A stretch of 20,000 bases of DNA from an uncultured virus (IMG/VR IMGVR_UViG_3300034200_001934) (IMGVR_UViG_3300034200_001934), one strand, 5' to 3'. Counted from the stretch's first letter, positions 1 through 10,138 are shown. Notes: a model not told the origin generated them from the letters alone. Program-made: numbers and translations.

Positions 1-1
1 A

Positions 2-1087
2 GTAACAAACAAATCTACATTAGTTGGTGATTTAGAGGTTGATGGTAATACTTTATATGTAAATTCAACCACCAATCGTGTTGGAGTTGGTTCAACTTTA
101 CCAGAATATGCATTTGATGTTAGAGGTGATGTCAGATTTGATGAAGTAATTTATGCATCAAATGGTAGAGGTAATACTGGAGAAGTTTTAACTTCTCAAG
201 GACCAAACCCAGCAGTTTGGGCACCTGCAGTTAATGTTACAGTTGGTGCGGCAAATTCTACTCTTATAACAGATATCCCTTCATCTAGTGATATTCACTA
301 TGTAACATTTGCTGCAAATACTTCAGATATTGGTTTTTCTTACGTTGATAGTTCTGGTCTTGTTTACTTACCTTCATCTAATAGATTGGGTATTGGTTCA
401 ACTCAACCTGGATTCTCAGTCGATGTTGCCGGAAATATTAACTTCACTGGTACATTATTTAAAGATGGTGAGTTATATGTTGCATCCCGATGGGCAATAG
501 ACGAAAACGACAACATCTGGAGACTTAATGGCAATGTTGGGGTAGGAACTTCTGCATTATCTAAAAAGTTTGAAGTAAGTGGTTCTTCAAGATTTAATGG
601 TGAGGTAACTATAACATCATCTGGATCCATTGGTATTGGAACTACATTAGCAAAGTCCAAATTGCATTTGATTGGAGACAGTAGATTAGATGGACTTGCA
701 AATTTTGAAAAAGCAGTAACAGAAAAAGTTTCAAGTACCTTTGGTACTAACTTCTCAATGTCTTCTGGAACACTGAATATTGATTGTTCCAATTCATCCA
801 TTATTGTTGGAAATTTACCTGAGTCTGTTTCCACTTGGGCATTTACAGGAATCAGCACAGAAAATGGTAAGTCAACTACAATCACATTAATTATAGACTC
901 AAGTTCACTCCTCACATACGGAGAAAACTGTACCGTCAATGGATCTGCAATTTCTGGTGGAGTTCGTTGGAATGGTGGTATTGCTCCAATTACAACAGAC
1001 AACGAAGACTTCCTAAGTTTTGCTATCGTTAGAGATGCTGCAGGAACCGTTAGAGTGTATGGTTCATCTTCCCTCAACTTCAGTTAA
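2..1087 (+). CDS. Tail fibre / virion structural protein, C-terminal part (5' truncated by window)
   Basis: The frame of ORF 386..1087 is open back to base 2 (VTNKSTLVGDLEVDGNTLYVNSTTNRVGVGSTLPEYAFDVRG...). It has repeated (R/N)(V/L)G(V/I)G(S/T)..P...DV.G units typical of phage beta-stranded fibre shafts and ends in a ~125-aa globular domain. Confidence 0.85.
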   Translation, partial: VTNKSTLVGDLEVDGNTLYVNSTTNRVGVGSTLPEYAFDVRGDVRFDEVIYASNGRGNTGEVLTSQGPNPAVWAPAVNVTVGAANSTLITDIPSSSDIHYVTFAANTSDIGFSYVDSSGLVYLPSSNRLGIGSTQPGFSVDVAGNINFTGTLFKDGELYVASRWAIDENDNIWRLNGNVGVGTSALSKKFEVSGSSRFNGEVTITSSGSIGIGTTLAKSKLHLIGDSRLDGLANFEKAVTEKVSSTFGTNFSMSSGTLNIDCSNSSIIVGNLPESVSTWAFTGISTENGKSTTITLIIDSSSLLTYGENCTVNGSAISGGVRWNGGIAPITTDNEDFLSFAIVRDAAGTVRVYGSSSLNFS

Positions 1088-1104
1088 TATTATTATTAAT
1101 TATT

Positions 1105-1668
1105 ATGCCATTTTCATTCGGATTATCAAAAAACTTTCGTTCATCTGAATTCAGAGATCCTGCTATTCTTTATGGAGATTATTTTGTTTTCAATTACAGG
1201 AATACGGATGGGAGTGACTTTGATATTAGGGCAGGTATTTTAAATCCAGCAGTTCCTGGTCTTCTAGGATGGGGTGCAAATAATACTTTAGTTACAAACG
1301 GAATTACGGTTGCATATTGGGCTGGAGACCAAACTGGGGTTGGAACCGAATCATTTTATATCGATAAAGCAAAGATGCTTCAAGCATTTCCAACATTAAC
1401 TTCAATTGAAGTTGATTTGAGGGCATTTTGGTACGGAACAATTGGAAATAATCCAATCATTATGAATATGGATGCTTATCAAGGAGGAACTATGATTGAT
1501 GTTGGATTGAGTTTTACTAATCCAACTGCAGAAAACGAGTTCCCATCATCCAAATCATTTGCTAGATTACTAACGTTAAGAACTCAAAACACTGCAACAA
1601 ATGGTCAAAGACTTGCGAGGGCAATTATAGATTTCAATAACTCGACGTTGACTTATATTGGAGCCTAG
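1105..1668 (+). CDS. Hypothetical virion-associated protein, possible fibre-tip partner with TerD/YfaP-like acidic motifs
   Basis: 187-aa ORF starting 17 nt after the fibre stop codon. SDFDIR...WAGDQTGVGTESFYID resembles the D-L-D / GDNxTGxGxE Ca-binding motifs of TerD/YfaP-like folds. Confidence 0.6.
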   Translation: MPFSFGLSKNFRSSEFRDPAILYGDYFVFNYRNTDGSDFDIRAGILNPAVPGLLGWGANNTLVTNGITVAYWAGDQTGVGTESFYIDKAKMLQAFPTLTSIEVDLRAFWYGTIGNNPIIMNMDAYQGGTMIDVGLSFTNPTAENEFPSSKSFARLLTLRTQNTATNGQRLARAIIDFNNSTLTYIGA

Positions 1669-1669
1669 G

Positions 1670-1727
1670 GTGCCAATTAAAAAAGTGGCACATTAATTAC
1701 ACTTCCCTAGACAATCTGTGCTATACT
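1670..1727 (+). promoter_or_regulatory. Early-type promoter: palindrome plus extended -10
   Basis: Perfect inverted repeat GTGCCA-N10-TGGCAC (1670-1691), then 30 nt, then TATACT (1722-1727) preceded by TGTGc. Confidence 0.7.
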
Positions 1728-1753
1728 AGTTGTGTAAAGAACTTCCACTTAAA

Positions 1754-1921
1754 ATGCAAATTTCCCGAGAATCACTGAACGACTTGCGAGCACTTCAAGA
1801 AGATATGGCAGAACATTTCGCTGATGAAAACTTTCCGATTAGTGGTGAAACATATTGGACTTGCGTTCAGTGTCTTGCAGAAGCAAAACTTGCAGAACTT
1901 CGTGGGGAACTTGTAGCATGA
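1754..1921 (+). CDS. Small hypothetical protein (55 aa)
   Basis: ATG at 1754 lies downstream of the promoter (MQISRESLNDLRALQEDMAEHF...). Its stop overlaps the next start (ATGA). Confidence 0.75.
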   Translation: MQISRESLNDLRALQEDMAEHFADENFPISGETYWTCVQCLAEAKLAELRGELVA

Positions 1922-2121
1922 GTCTTTTGAAAATTAATAAAGCAGAACTGGTTGAAGTTCCAGTAAAAACAACACCAGAAAATGTCAAAGAATCAAATGA
2001 GGCACTATTTTGTGCGAAAATGACTCTTCCTGCTGCAGCAAAACACTGCGGGATGACTCATAAAGAAATGAAAATGACCTTTTTGGAATATTTAAAATAC
2101 CATCCACCAACATATAGTTAA
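1918..2121 (+). CDS. Small protein with helix-turn-helix-like segment (67 aa)
   Basis: ATGA coupling to the upstream gene. MTLPAAAKHCGMTHKEMKMTF resembles an HTH (UPF0175-like pattern). Confidence 0.7.
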   Translation: MSLLKINKAELVEVPVKTTPENVKESNEALFCAKMTLPAAAKHCGMTHKEMKMTFLEYLKYHPPTYS

Positions 2122-2134
2122 CATATAATTAACA

Positions 2135-2142
2135 ACTAAATA
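2135..2142 (+). promoter_or_regulatory. Putative T4-type late promoter (ACTAAATA)
   Basis: Variant of the gp55 consensus TATAAATA in the intergenic gap 20 nt before the ATG at 2163. Confidence 0.5.
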
Positions 2143-2162
2143 TTTCGTAGTGAAACAGTGTA

Positions 2163-2426
2163 ATGAAATACAAAATCACTTCCCATTATTGTTATCACGA
2201 GGGAATAATAGTTGATATGTATTTCATAAATGGTGTTCCATTTACATTTGATGATATACCCACAGTAATGCAAGATGATCCCTACATTCAAGTGGAAGCA
2301 GAGGGAAGTATGGATTATTCTGCTGAGGATATGTTTCTTTGGTCTAATTATCTAATAATGGAAGAATGTCATCCTCTTTTATTTGATTTGGATTTAGAAA
2401 ATCCAGAGGAGCTTCCCTGCAACTAA
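2163..2426 (+). CDS. Hypothetical acidic protein (87 aa)
   Basis: Clean ORF after a late-promoter-like site. No function recognised. Confidence 0.75.
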   Translation: MKYKITSHYCYHEGIIVDMYFINGVPFTFDDIPTVMQDDPYIQVEAEGSMDYSAEDMFLWSNYLIMEECHPLLFDLDLENPEELPCN

Positions 2427-2469
2427 TAAAATATCTTAAAATGAAAACAAAGTGAGTACAAATACCTAA

Positions 2470-3087
2470 ATGAAATCCGATTTTTATATAGATAAAGTAG
2501 GTAAAAAAGAAATAAAAGATCTTCTTTATACCTACCATTATCTTAAGGACGAATCTAAAGACTTTAAATCGGGGTTCAATTATGGTCTATACAAACAATC
2601 ATTCACAGACATCCTTAATATTGGCGAGTGTCTTGGTGCTTGCATTTTTACTGGTCTCCCAGTTCCAGAAATTGCCGTAGGTGCTTTTGGTCTAGAAAGA
2701 AATCAGCAAGAAGGAATATATGAACTCTCAAGACTTTGTATACATCCAGATATTCAAAAAGAAGAATATAATATCACATCTTGGTTCGTTAGTCGTTGCA
2801 TAAGGAGATTTAGGAAAGATGCCACAGTTCGTGCTATTCTTAGTTACGCTGACTCTAGTAAGCACACTGGAGTTATATACAGAGCTTGCAATTTTCAATA
2901 CTATGGGTTAACTGCTCCCAAAAAAGATTTTTATTATGCCGATGGAACAAAGCACTCTAGAGGCACGGTTAAAGGTGCAAAAGGTGAGTGGAAAGAAAGA
3001 ACTAGAAAGCATAGATATCTTATGATTTTTGATGATGAACTTAAAGAAAAACTAAAATGGAAAAAAGAAACTAAATCAATTGCCTAG
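2470..3087 (+). CDS. Mom-like (GNAT-fold) DNA base-modification protein
   Basis: Motifs HYL, ELSRLC, SWFVSRC and LSYADSSKHTGVIYRACNFQYYG match the pattern of phage Mu Mom-family proteins (ELxR...S(Y/F)AD...GxxYxAxNFxYxG). The C-terminus is basic. Confidence 0.7.
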   Translation: MKSDFYIDKVGKKEIKDLLYTYHYLKDESKDFKSGFNYGLYKQSFTDILNIGECLGACIFTGLPVPEIAVGAFGLERNQQEGIYELSRLCIHPDIQKEEYNITSWFVSRCIRRFRKDATVRAILSYADSSKHTGVIYRACNFQYYGLTAPKKDFYYADGTKHSRGTVKGAKGEWKERTRKHRYLMIFDDELKEKLKWKKETKSIA

Positions 3088-3098
3088 AGGGTTTAGTG

Positions 3099-3106
3099 TC
3101 TAAATA
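3099..3106 (+). promoter_or_regulatory. Putative T4-type late promoter (TCTAAATA)
   Basis: One mismatch to TATAAATA, intergenic, 30 nt upstream of the large structural gene. Confidence 0.6.
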
Positions 3107-3136
3107 AATGAAGAAGAAATATACTGCGGTTATAAA

Positions 3137-6100
3137 ATGCCACTATCTAGGTTAGAGAATTTTCTCAAAAATGCTGAAGGTAATATTTTATATGTAAACC
3201 CATCAGATTTTGATGCTACTGACAGTTTTGAAAATCAAGGTAACTCATTAACAAGACCTTTCAAAACAATTCAAAGAGCTCTAATTGAAGCAGCAAGGTT
3301 TTCATATCAACAGGGAAGAAATAACGATAAGATTGATAGAACAACTATACTTGTTTATCCTGGAACTCACTATATTGATAATAGACCAGGATTATCTGTT
3401 GAAAATATAAATGGTTCTGCAGTATATAAAAGAAGATCAGGTGTTGATTCATGGACCGTTGACTCTATTTCTGAGTTAAGTGAATTTACAAATTATGATA
3501 TACTTGATATAGGAAATGAATTGTATAAGTTCAATTCAGTAACTGGTGGTGTCATTCTCCCTAGAGGAACATCTATTATTGGTCTTGATTTAAGAAAAAC
3601 AAAGATTCGTCCATTGTTTGTTCCTGATCCAGAAGATGAAAATATTGATGTCACTAGTATTTTTAATGTTACTGGTACTTGTTACTTTACGGCATTTAGT
3701 ATTTTTGATGGTGATCCAACAAAAACAGTGTATAAAAACTACTCTCAAGCAAGAGTAGTTCCAAATTATTCACACCATAAAGTAACAACATTTGCTTATG
3801 CAGATGGTGTAAACAAAGTAAAACTTGGTAATTATCAAACATATTTGACTGACCTTGATATGTATTATTACAAGGTCACCAAGGCATATGGAGACATTAC
3901 AGGAAGAGGATTATCAGATTATCCATCATCCTTTGACTTCGAACCAAACGTCGATGAATTTAGAATTGTTGGTTCATTGGATCCAAACCCACTTGGTATT
4001 TCGAGTATTAGATCTGGTAATGGAAACGGTACAGGAGATATTAATGTAATTACCGTTACCACTTCTAATCTTCAGACTGGAGAAACAGTTCCACATAATC
4101 TTTTTGTGGACAGTCCATTTATTATAAATGGAGTAACTGTAGACCCAGATTCTTATAATGGTTCATTCACTGTAAAAGAAGTAGTTGGATTAACTACATT
4201 TACATATGTTACTAATGAAGCACCAACAGAATTCTTACCACCAACAAACGAAATTGATACTGCATCCTTAATAGTCGGAAGTGATACTGTAAGTTCTGCA
4301 TCTCCTTACATTTTCAACTGTTCCCTTAGATCTGTTTATGGAATGAATGGATTGTGGGCAGATGGTGCTAAGGCAACAGGATTTAAATCAATGGTTGTTG
4401 CCCAATTCACTGGAGTTTCTTTACAGAAAGATAACAATGCATTCATCTTATATAAAGATGGAGCATTTTATGATAATACCACTCTACCTCTCAATAGCGT
4501 AGATAGACCATTACATACAAATTCTAGATCAATATTTAAACCAAAATACGAAAATTATCATATTCGTGCATCCAATGATGCATTTATTCAAAACGTTTCT
4601 GTTTTTGCGATTGGTTTTGCTAGACACTTTTTAACAGAGTCTGGTTCGGATATGTCAATCACAAACTCAAACTCCAACTTTGGTGCAACATCACTTGAAT
4701 CTGAAGGATATAAAGTAGAATCATTCAATAGAGACGATGTTGGTTATATTACTCACATTCTTCCACCTAGAGAAATTCCAGAAGAAGAGAATGTTGTATC
4801 TTGGGTATCATTAGATACTGAAAAAATCATCAACTCTGCAGATATAAGTAAGTTATATATTTTTGGTGCAACTAACGAAGAAATTCTACCAGTTCATCAA
4901 GTGGATGGATATAGATTGGGTGCATCAAAAGAAGATAAATTAAATTTAACAATTACTATTGGTACAGCACAAACTACATATACTACACCAATATTAATGC
5001 CAGCAGATGCAGGAAATGGAGTTTCTGCATTCAAAGAGTATGATATAGAAAGAACAGGAACGACCAATAATATTGTATCAAATTTATTCACATTAACTAC
5101 TAATCACAAATTAATTAATGGTGAAAAAGTAAGAATAGTCAGTGATACGGGGCAAGTACCAGATGGATTAGAGAATGATGGAATATATTATGCAATAACA
5201 GATGGATTTGGATCATCTCAATTAAAATTAGCACAATCGCTTAATGATGCATTATCTGGTGTTCCTATTTTAGGAATCAACAATAATGGTGGAAGATTAA
5301 AAATCACAAGCAGAGTTTCAGATAAACTTCCAGGTGAAATCGGTCATCCAATACAGTGGGATTCGGCAGAAAATAATTGGTATATTACTGGATCTTTAAT
5401 TTCTTCTGAAAATGAAATATATTCTGCAATAGTTAATACTGGCATTCTTGTTCTTGGTAATGAAACATCATCAACATTTATTAGACGAATATCAGACAGC
5501 CGTTCAATTAACGATAAAATATACAGAATAAGATATGTTATTCCAAAAGAATTCACAAATGCCAGACAACCAACTGCTGGTTTTATTTTACAGGAATCCA
5601 AGACAGTTGGTGTAACAAGCATTTCTTACACAAATGATGTATTGTCTAGTGCTAAAGATCTAAGAAATGAAAAAATTATTGTTGGTGCATCTGGTGGAGT
5701 AATTATTAATAACGAGCAAGAAGTTACAATCACTACAGAACTTCCTCACAATTTATATGTTGGTGATAGTGTAAAGATACAAAAAATAAGAAGTACCAAT
5801 AATCCAGATTCGACTGGTATTACTTCTACTTTCAATGGTCTGCATACAGTTGAATCCATTCTCAATACAAAGCAGTTTACTTATACAATTTCAGGAGTAA
5901 CCACCAATCCTGGTTCATTTACTAATGATATAAATTCTAGAACAACAAGACAGCAAAGAGAAAGTTTACCAGTAGTATCAAGAGAATCTTATAAAAATAC
6001 TTTCTTTGTATACAGAACCGCTCAAATTAAAAAACATATTCCAGGACAAGAAGGGCAAGATGGTGTTTATCACTTAACTGCTCTCGCTTCCAATGTTGCA

Positions 6101-9100
6101 CCACCAGATCAGGTAGGATTTAATTTATCCGATAAACAATTTAATCAGGATGTAAGAAACTTATATCCACAATTAGACCGTGATAATATCAATTCAGACC
6201 CAGATGCAACAGTAAGTTACGCCGATTTATCGGTAATTGGAAGAGTTATAACAAATGATAAGAAAAATTCTATCACAAAAGAAGCAATATCATATTATGT
6301 TAAAAACTCAAGAATAGGTATAGCATTAACAGATGCTCAAGTAAGTGGAATTGGAAGTACCACTATTTCGGTAAGAACAGAAATAGAACATAATTTAAAT
6401 TCCATAAAATCATTTACATTCACTTCTGGGTCTGGGTATCCAGCATCTTCAATAATTTATTCAAGAACTCTTCAGCAAGTAATCTCAAATGGTAGAGGTG
6501 CTACTGTCAAAATAGAAACTAATGCATCGGGACAAGTAACTAACGTTGAATTGTTAGATAGAGGAAGTTCTTATAATGTCAATGATACTTTAAGTATTCC
6601 TGGAGGAAGTTCCCCAAGTATTGTCACTGTAACTTCTATTGTTAATGCCAAAGATTCTTCTATAGAATTAAGTGGATTTTTCCAACATGATTTGAATGAT
6701 GTTTATAGAGTTTTGTCTATACCAAATGCAAAAGAATTATTACTATACACAGAAAAAGAATTACCAAATTATGTTGTAAATACAAACAACGAAAGTCCGT
6801 TCTTAGTTGTTTCTAGTGGTGCAATTTCTATTTTAAGTGCCGAATTAACTGATGTTGATACTGGCATAACAACTGTGACTACACAGTCGGCTCATGGATT
6901 ATTGCCAGGAAATAAGATTAAAATTATTGAAAGTGGAAATTCTGACCTCAATGGATATGCAGTAATTAAAGATACTGTTGGTCTTACTACATTCACTTTT
7001 ATTTCCAGATCTAAAGTACAAATAGCAGGAGTTACAGAGGGATCTGTTCTCAAGAGAGGATTTAGTTCAAATGGAAGAAGTCTTGGAAATGGTGAGGAAA
7101 ATCTTTTCTCTAGGGGACTATATTTGTATGATGGTTTTGATGCTAACATCAATGGTGCAATAGATTTAACTAGCAGTACTATCAACTTTATTGATCCCAA
7201 CGGCATAAAACGTGGAGATTATTTTGCAATTAATAGTGAAATTGTAAGAATTGCAAGTAGTTCTAATCCATTTACAGTTTTAAGAGGACAACTTGGCACA
7301 TTTAAAGGAATAGCACAATCTGGTGCCATTGCAAAAAGAATAAAAGTAATTCCATCAGAATTACGTAGACCTTCATTTATGAGGGCATCTAGTCACACCT
7401 TTGAATACCTTGGATATGGACCAGGAAACTACTCTACGGGTATGCCACAAAGGCAGGATAGGGTTCTTTCTGAAGATGAGATCATGGTCTCACAAGCAAA
7501 AGAAAGAAGAGGTGGAACTGTTGTATACACTGGAATGAATGATATTGGTGAATTCTATTCTGGTGCAACTAAACTAAGTTCAGCAACTGGTGAACAAACT
7601 GTAGTTGATGCTCCAATCCTAACTTATACTGGAGATGACGCACAAGGACAAGGTGGTTCATCTTCAAGTGGAATTTTTGATGAATTATTGGTAAGGCAAA
7701 GAATTACAGTAGAAGGAGGAGAAGGAAATAATCAAACTTCTCAATTCTATGGTCCAGTAAACTTCACCCAAAAAGTTACTAATCTATCAGAGTTTGGTAT
7801 TGAAACCAAAAATCTATTCATAAAAGGAACTGCTTCTCAACCAAAATTGATTACAGTTGGTATATCTACTCCAACTTCACTTACAATTCCTTCATCTAGA
7901 CCAGGTGATATATCTTTACTTTCCAACCCAGATGAGCATATTGGTCATGTTCGTGTTGGAAACGAATGGAGACCATTTGGATTAATCAGTAGAGATGCAG
8001 GAAGTCTATACATGGGTGTTGACAAACTATCAGTCAATACACCAGAAAATACAAATTTTGATTTTGTTGTTAGTGGTGAAAGTAAAGTTCAAAACTTAAC
8101 AGTTGATGGAAGTGTTATATTCACTCAGCCTCAAACTTTAGGTAACGTCACTTTCCAAAATATTTTCGTCAATAGAACTGGATATTTTTATGCTACAGGA
8201 TTAGATCCACAGACTGGTCTTACGACAAATTATACCCAGATTCACTATTCTGGTATATCAAGATTAAATAATTTAGAAGTAGTTGGAATCTCTACTTTCG
8301 ATGGAGTAGTTCAGTTCAATTCCAATATTTTTGGACCAGGAGCAGATTTTGGTAATATCCAAATTGCTGTAACTAATGACAACACAATTGATACTACCGC
8401 AGGCAATTTAACTATTAATAGTTTTAGTGGAATAACAAATATTATTGATGACTTAATTGTAAATGGAAGCAAATTTGAATTAATTAGTGGGACTCCAATT
8501 TCAATTGGAGGAACTATCTCTGCTTCCATTAATAATTCAAGAGATTTGAGACTTGGAGTTGGAAGTACCAATCTAGGATCTTCAATTTCATTGCACAATG
8601 ATGATAGACTTTATCCAGACGGAGCTTTAAAGTTCATTCGTCCTGCAGGTATTGGAAGTGCAATAGATTCAGAAATTCTTCATCGAGGAAGTGGTCTACT
8701 GAAGATTATTGGTCGTGATTTTGGATCTAGAATTTCATTCTATACAAATGATTTAGAAAGAGTAAATGTTGGTGCTTCTGGAACAGTAACAATTTTCCAA
8801 AACAACTCTGGACAGAACTTAGCTGGTGGTCACTTAAAACTTAATCAGGGTGGACCAGGTGATGTAGTACTTTCTTGGGATATTACACATAATAATTCCA
8901 ATCGTCGTTGGTATGCTGGTATTGATACTAGTGATGGATATTCTTGGAAACTTGCAAATCCTCTGACAACTGTTGCATATGGACTTGAGAATTTTGATGG
9001 TATTGGTGAAACAAAATTAAAAGTTGATACGAGTGGAACATTAACTATTTTAAATGATGTTGTAATGTATGGAGATTTACTTGATGCCCCAGGAGTACAA

Positions 9101-10096
9101 ACATTCAATCTATTAACATCTGTAAATCCAACAGTAAATGCATTTACTGGTGCAAGAAATGTCAATATCGCAATTGATAATGATCAATCAACAACTACAA
9201 TACGTGGTACAAAAGAATCTGATTCTGTTGACACTGGTTCATTAGTAGTAAGAGGTGGACTTGGGGTTACTAAGAGATTATTTGTTGGTGGAAATACTCA
9301 AATCGGAGGAGATCTTGAAGTAAGAGGTGGTGATATTACAACCAACCAAACATCATTTAATCTACTAAATTCTACCGTAACAACTGCCAATCTCTTTGGT
9401 TCAGCAACAAGTATAGTTCTTGGTGCCACAACAGGAACTACAAGAATAAGAAACAATGTAGATATTGATGGTGATTTAAATGTTGACGGTGATGATTTAA
9501 CAACAACTACTACTGGTCTATTTAAATTAATTAATACAAATGCAACTAGTGTTGATTTTGCTGGTTCTGCTTCTTGGGTAAGAATTGGTGGCACATCAGG
9601 AATTACTACAGTTAGAAATAATGTAGATATTAATGGTGGAAATATTGATGGTACTAAGATTGGAGAATCTGCAAGAGAAACTGCTAGATTTACTTCAATT
9701 GATGTAAATGCAGATAGCACATTTAATGGAGTAAATGTAACCAGACTCGTTTTGAGAAATTATGGTGAGACAATTCAAAACTTAGGAAATAGAAGCGGAG
9801 CAGTAAACTTAGATCTAGACGTTGCTAATGTATTTACAGTTAATATTACTGGCAGTACCTCATTTACTGTTTCCAATGTATTGACAGGTGCAACGACTGC
9901 TTCTAGTTTTACTGTGTTTGTAAGAAACAACTCTGCAAACTTATCAGTTTCTTGGCCAACTAACTTTAAGTTCCCCAATGGTTTAGGACCAGTAAGAACT
10001 CTTGATGCATCTAGAACTGATATTTGGATTTTTGTAACTCCAGATCAAGGAACTACTTGGTTTGGTGCAGTAGCACTATATAACTACTCAACATAG
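3137..10096 (+). CDS. Large virion structural / tail-fibre protein (2319 aa)
   Basis: The N-terminus (LYVNPSDFDATD...GNSLTRPFKTIQRALIEA) is typical of cyanomyovirus giant structural proteins. It contains repeated T.T...H(N/G)L..G..V.I...NG.(F/Y).V......FT(Y/F) beta domains, Gly/Thr/Asn-rich shaft repeats and a C-terminal globular domain. Confidence 0.85.
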   Translation: MPLSRLENFLKNAEGNILYVNPSDFDATDSFENQGNSLTRPFKTIQRALIEAARFSYQQGRNNDKIDRTTILVYPGTHYIDNRPGLSVENINGSAVYKRRSGVDSWTVDSISELSEFTNYDILDIGNELYKFNSVTGGVILPRGTSIIGLDLRKTKIRPLFVPDPEDENIDVTSIFNVTGTCYFTAFSIFDGDPTKTVYKNYSQARVVPNYSHHKVTTFAYADGVNKVKLGNYQTYLTDLDMYYYKVTKAYGDITGRGLSDYPSSFDFEPNVDEFRIVGSLDPNPLGISSIRSGNGNGTGDINVITVTTSNLQTGETVPHNLFVDSPFIINGVTVDPDSYNGSFTVKEVVGLTTFTYVTNEAPTEFLPPTNEIDTASLIVGSDTVSSASPYIFNCSLRSVYGMNGLWADGAKATGFKSMVVAQFTGVSLQKDNNAFILYKDGAFYDNTTLPLNSVDRPLHTNSRSIFKPKYENYHIRASNDAFIQNVSVFAIGFARHFLTESGSDMSITNSNSNFGATSLESEGYKVESFNRDDVGYITHILPPREIPEEENVVSWVSLDTEKIINSADISKLYIFGATNEEILPVHQVDGYRLGASKEDKLNLTITIGTAQTTYTTPILMPADAGNGVSAFKEYDIERTGTTNNIVSNLFTLTTNHKLINGEKVRIVSDTGQVPDGLENDGIYYAITDGFGSSQLKLAQSLNDALSGVPILGINNNGGRLKITSRVSDKLPGEIGHPIQWDSAENNWYITGSLISSENEIYSAIVNTGILVLGNETSSTFIRRISDSRSINDKIYRIRYVIPKEFTNARQPTAGFILQESKTVGVTSISYTNDVLSSAKDLRNEKIIVGASGGVIINNEQEVTITTELPHNLYVGDSVKIQKIRSTNNPDSTGITSTFNGLHTVESILNTKQFTYTISGVTTNPGSFTNDINSRTTRQQRESLPVVSRESYKNTFFVYRTAQIKKHIPGQEGQDGVYHLTALASNVAPPDQVGFNLSDKQFNQDVRNLYPQLDRDNINSDPDATVSYADLSVIGRVITNDKKNSITKEAISYYVKNSRIGIALTDAQVSGIGSTTISVRTEIEHNLNSIKSFTFTSGSGYPASSIIYSRTLQQVISNGRGATVKIETNASGQVTNVELLDRGSSYNVNDTLSIPGGSSPSIVTVTSIVNAKDSSIELSGFFQHDLNDVYRVLSIPNAKELLLYTEKELPNYVVNTNNESPFLVVSSGAISILSAELTDVDTGITTVTTQSAHGLLPGNKIKIIESGNSDLNGYAVIKDTVGLTTFTFISRSKVQIAGVTEGSVLKRGFSSNGRSLGNGEENLFSRGLYLYDGFDANINGAIDLTSSTINFIDPNGIKRGDYFAINSEIVRIASSSNPFTVLRGQLGTFKGIAQSGAIAKRIKVIPSELRRPSFMRASSHTFEYLGYGPGNYSTGMPQRQDRVLSEDEIMVSQAKERRGGTVVYTGMNDIGEFYSGATKLSSATGEQTVVDAPILTYTGDDAQGQGGSSSSGIFDELLVRQRITVEGGEGNNQTSQFYGPVNFTQKVTNLSEFGIETKNLFIKGTASQPKLITVGISTPTSLTIPSSRPGDISLLSNPDEHIGHVRVGNEWRPFGLISRDAGSLYMGVDKLSVNTPENTNFDFVVSGESKVQNLTVDGSVIFTQPQTLGNVTFQNIFVNRTGYFYATGLDPQTGLTTNYTQIHYSGISRLNNLEVVGISTFDGVVQFNSNIFGPGADFGNIQIAVTNDNTIDTTAGNLTINSFSGITNIIDDLIVNGSKFELISGTPISIGGTISASINNSRDLRLGVGSTNLGSSISLHNDDRLYPDGALKFIRPAGIGSAIDSEILHRGSGLLKIIGRDFGSRISFYTNDLERVNVGASGTVTIFQNNSGQNLAGGHLKLNQGGPGDVVLSWDITHNNSNRRWYAGIDTSDGYSWKLANPLTTVAYGLENFDGIGETKLKVDTSGTLTILNDVVMYGDLLDAPGVQTFNLLTSVNPTVNAFTGARNVNIAIDNDQSTTTIRGTKESDSVDTGSLVVRGGLGVTKRLFVGGNTQIGGDLEVRGGDITTNQTSFNLLNSTVTTANLFGSATSIVLGATTGTTRIRNNVDIDGDLNVDGDDLTTTTTGLFKLINTNATSVDFAGSASWVRIGGTSGITTVRNNVDINGGNIDGTKIGESARETARFTSIDVNADSTFNGVNVTRLVLRNYGETIQNLGNRSGAVNLDLDVANVFTVNITGSTSFTVSNVLTGATTASSFTVFVRNNSANLSVSWPTNFKFPNGLGPVRTLDASRTDIWIFVTPDQGTTWFGAVALYNYST
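9050..9640 (+). repeat. About three degenerate ~55-aa protein-level repeats in the fibre shaft
   Basis: NDVVMYGDLL...TFNLLTSVNPTVNAFTGARNVNIA; GDLEVRGGDITT...SFNLLNSTVTTANLFGSATSIVLGATTGTTRIRNNVDIDG; GDLNVDGDDLTT...LFKLINTNATSVDFAGSASWVRIGGTSGITTVRNNVDING. Coordinates are approximate. Confidence 0.75.
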
Positions 10097-10099
10097 ACT

Positions 10100-10107
10100 A
10101 ATAAATA
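10100..10107 (+). promoter_or_regulatory. Putative T4-type late promoter (AATAAATA)
   Basis: One mismatch to TATAAATA, directly upstream of the oxygenase/Gly-rich cassette. The AT-rich context lowers specificity. Confidence 0.5.
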
Positions 10108-10138
10108 AATTATATAATTTTATTTAAATGAAAAAATA

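Noticed and set aside
1708..1713. TAGACA as a -35 box
   Set aside because: It is only 8 nt from the -10 hexamer, which is the wrong spacing.
403..9978. Antisense and short alternative-frame ORFs inside the fibre genes (e.g. 309-500, 403-1077, 9298-9720)
   Set aside because: They lie entirely within well-supported structural genes and have no motifs or expression signals.
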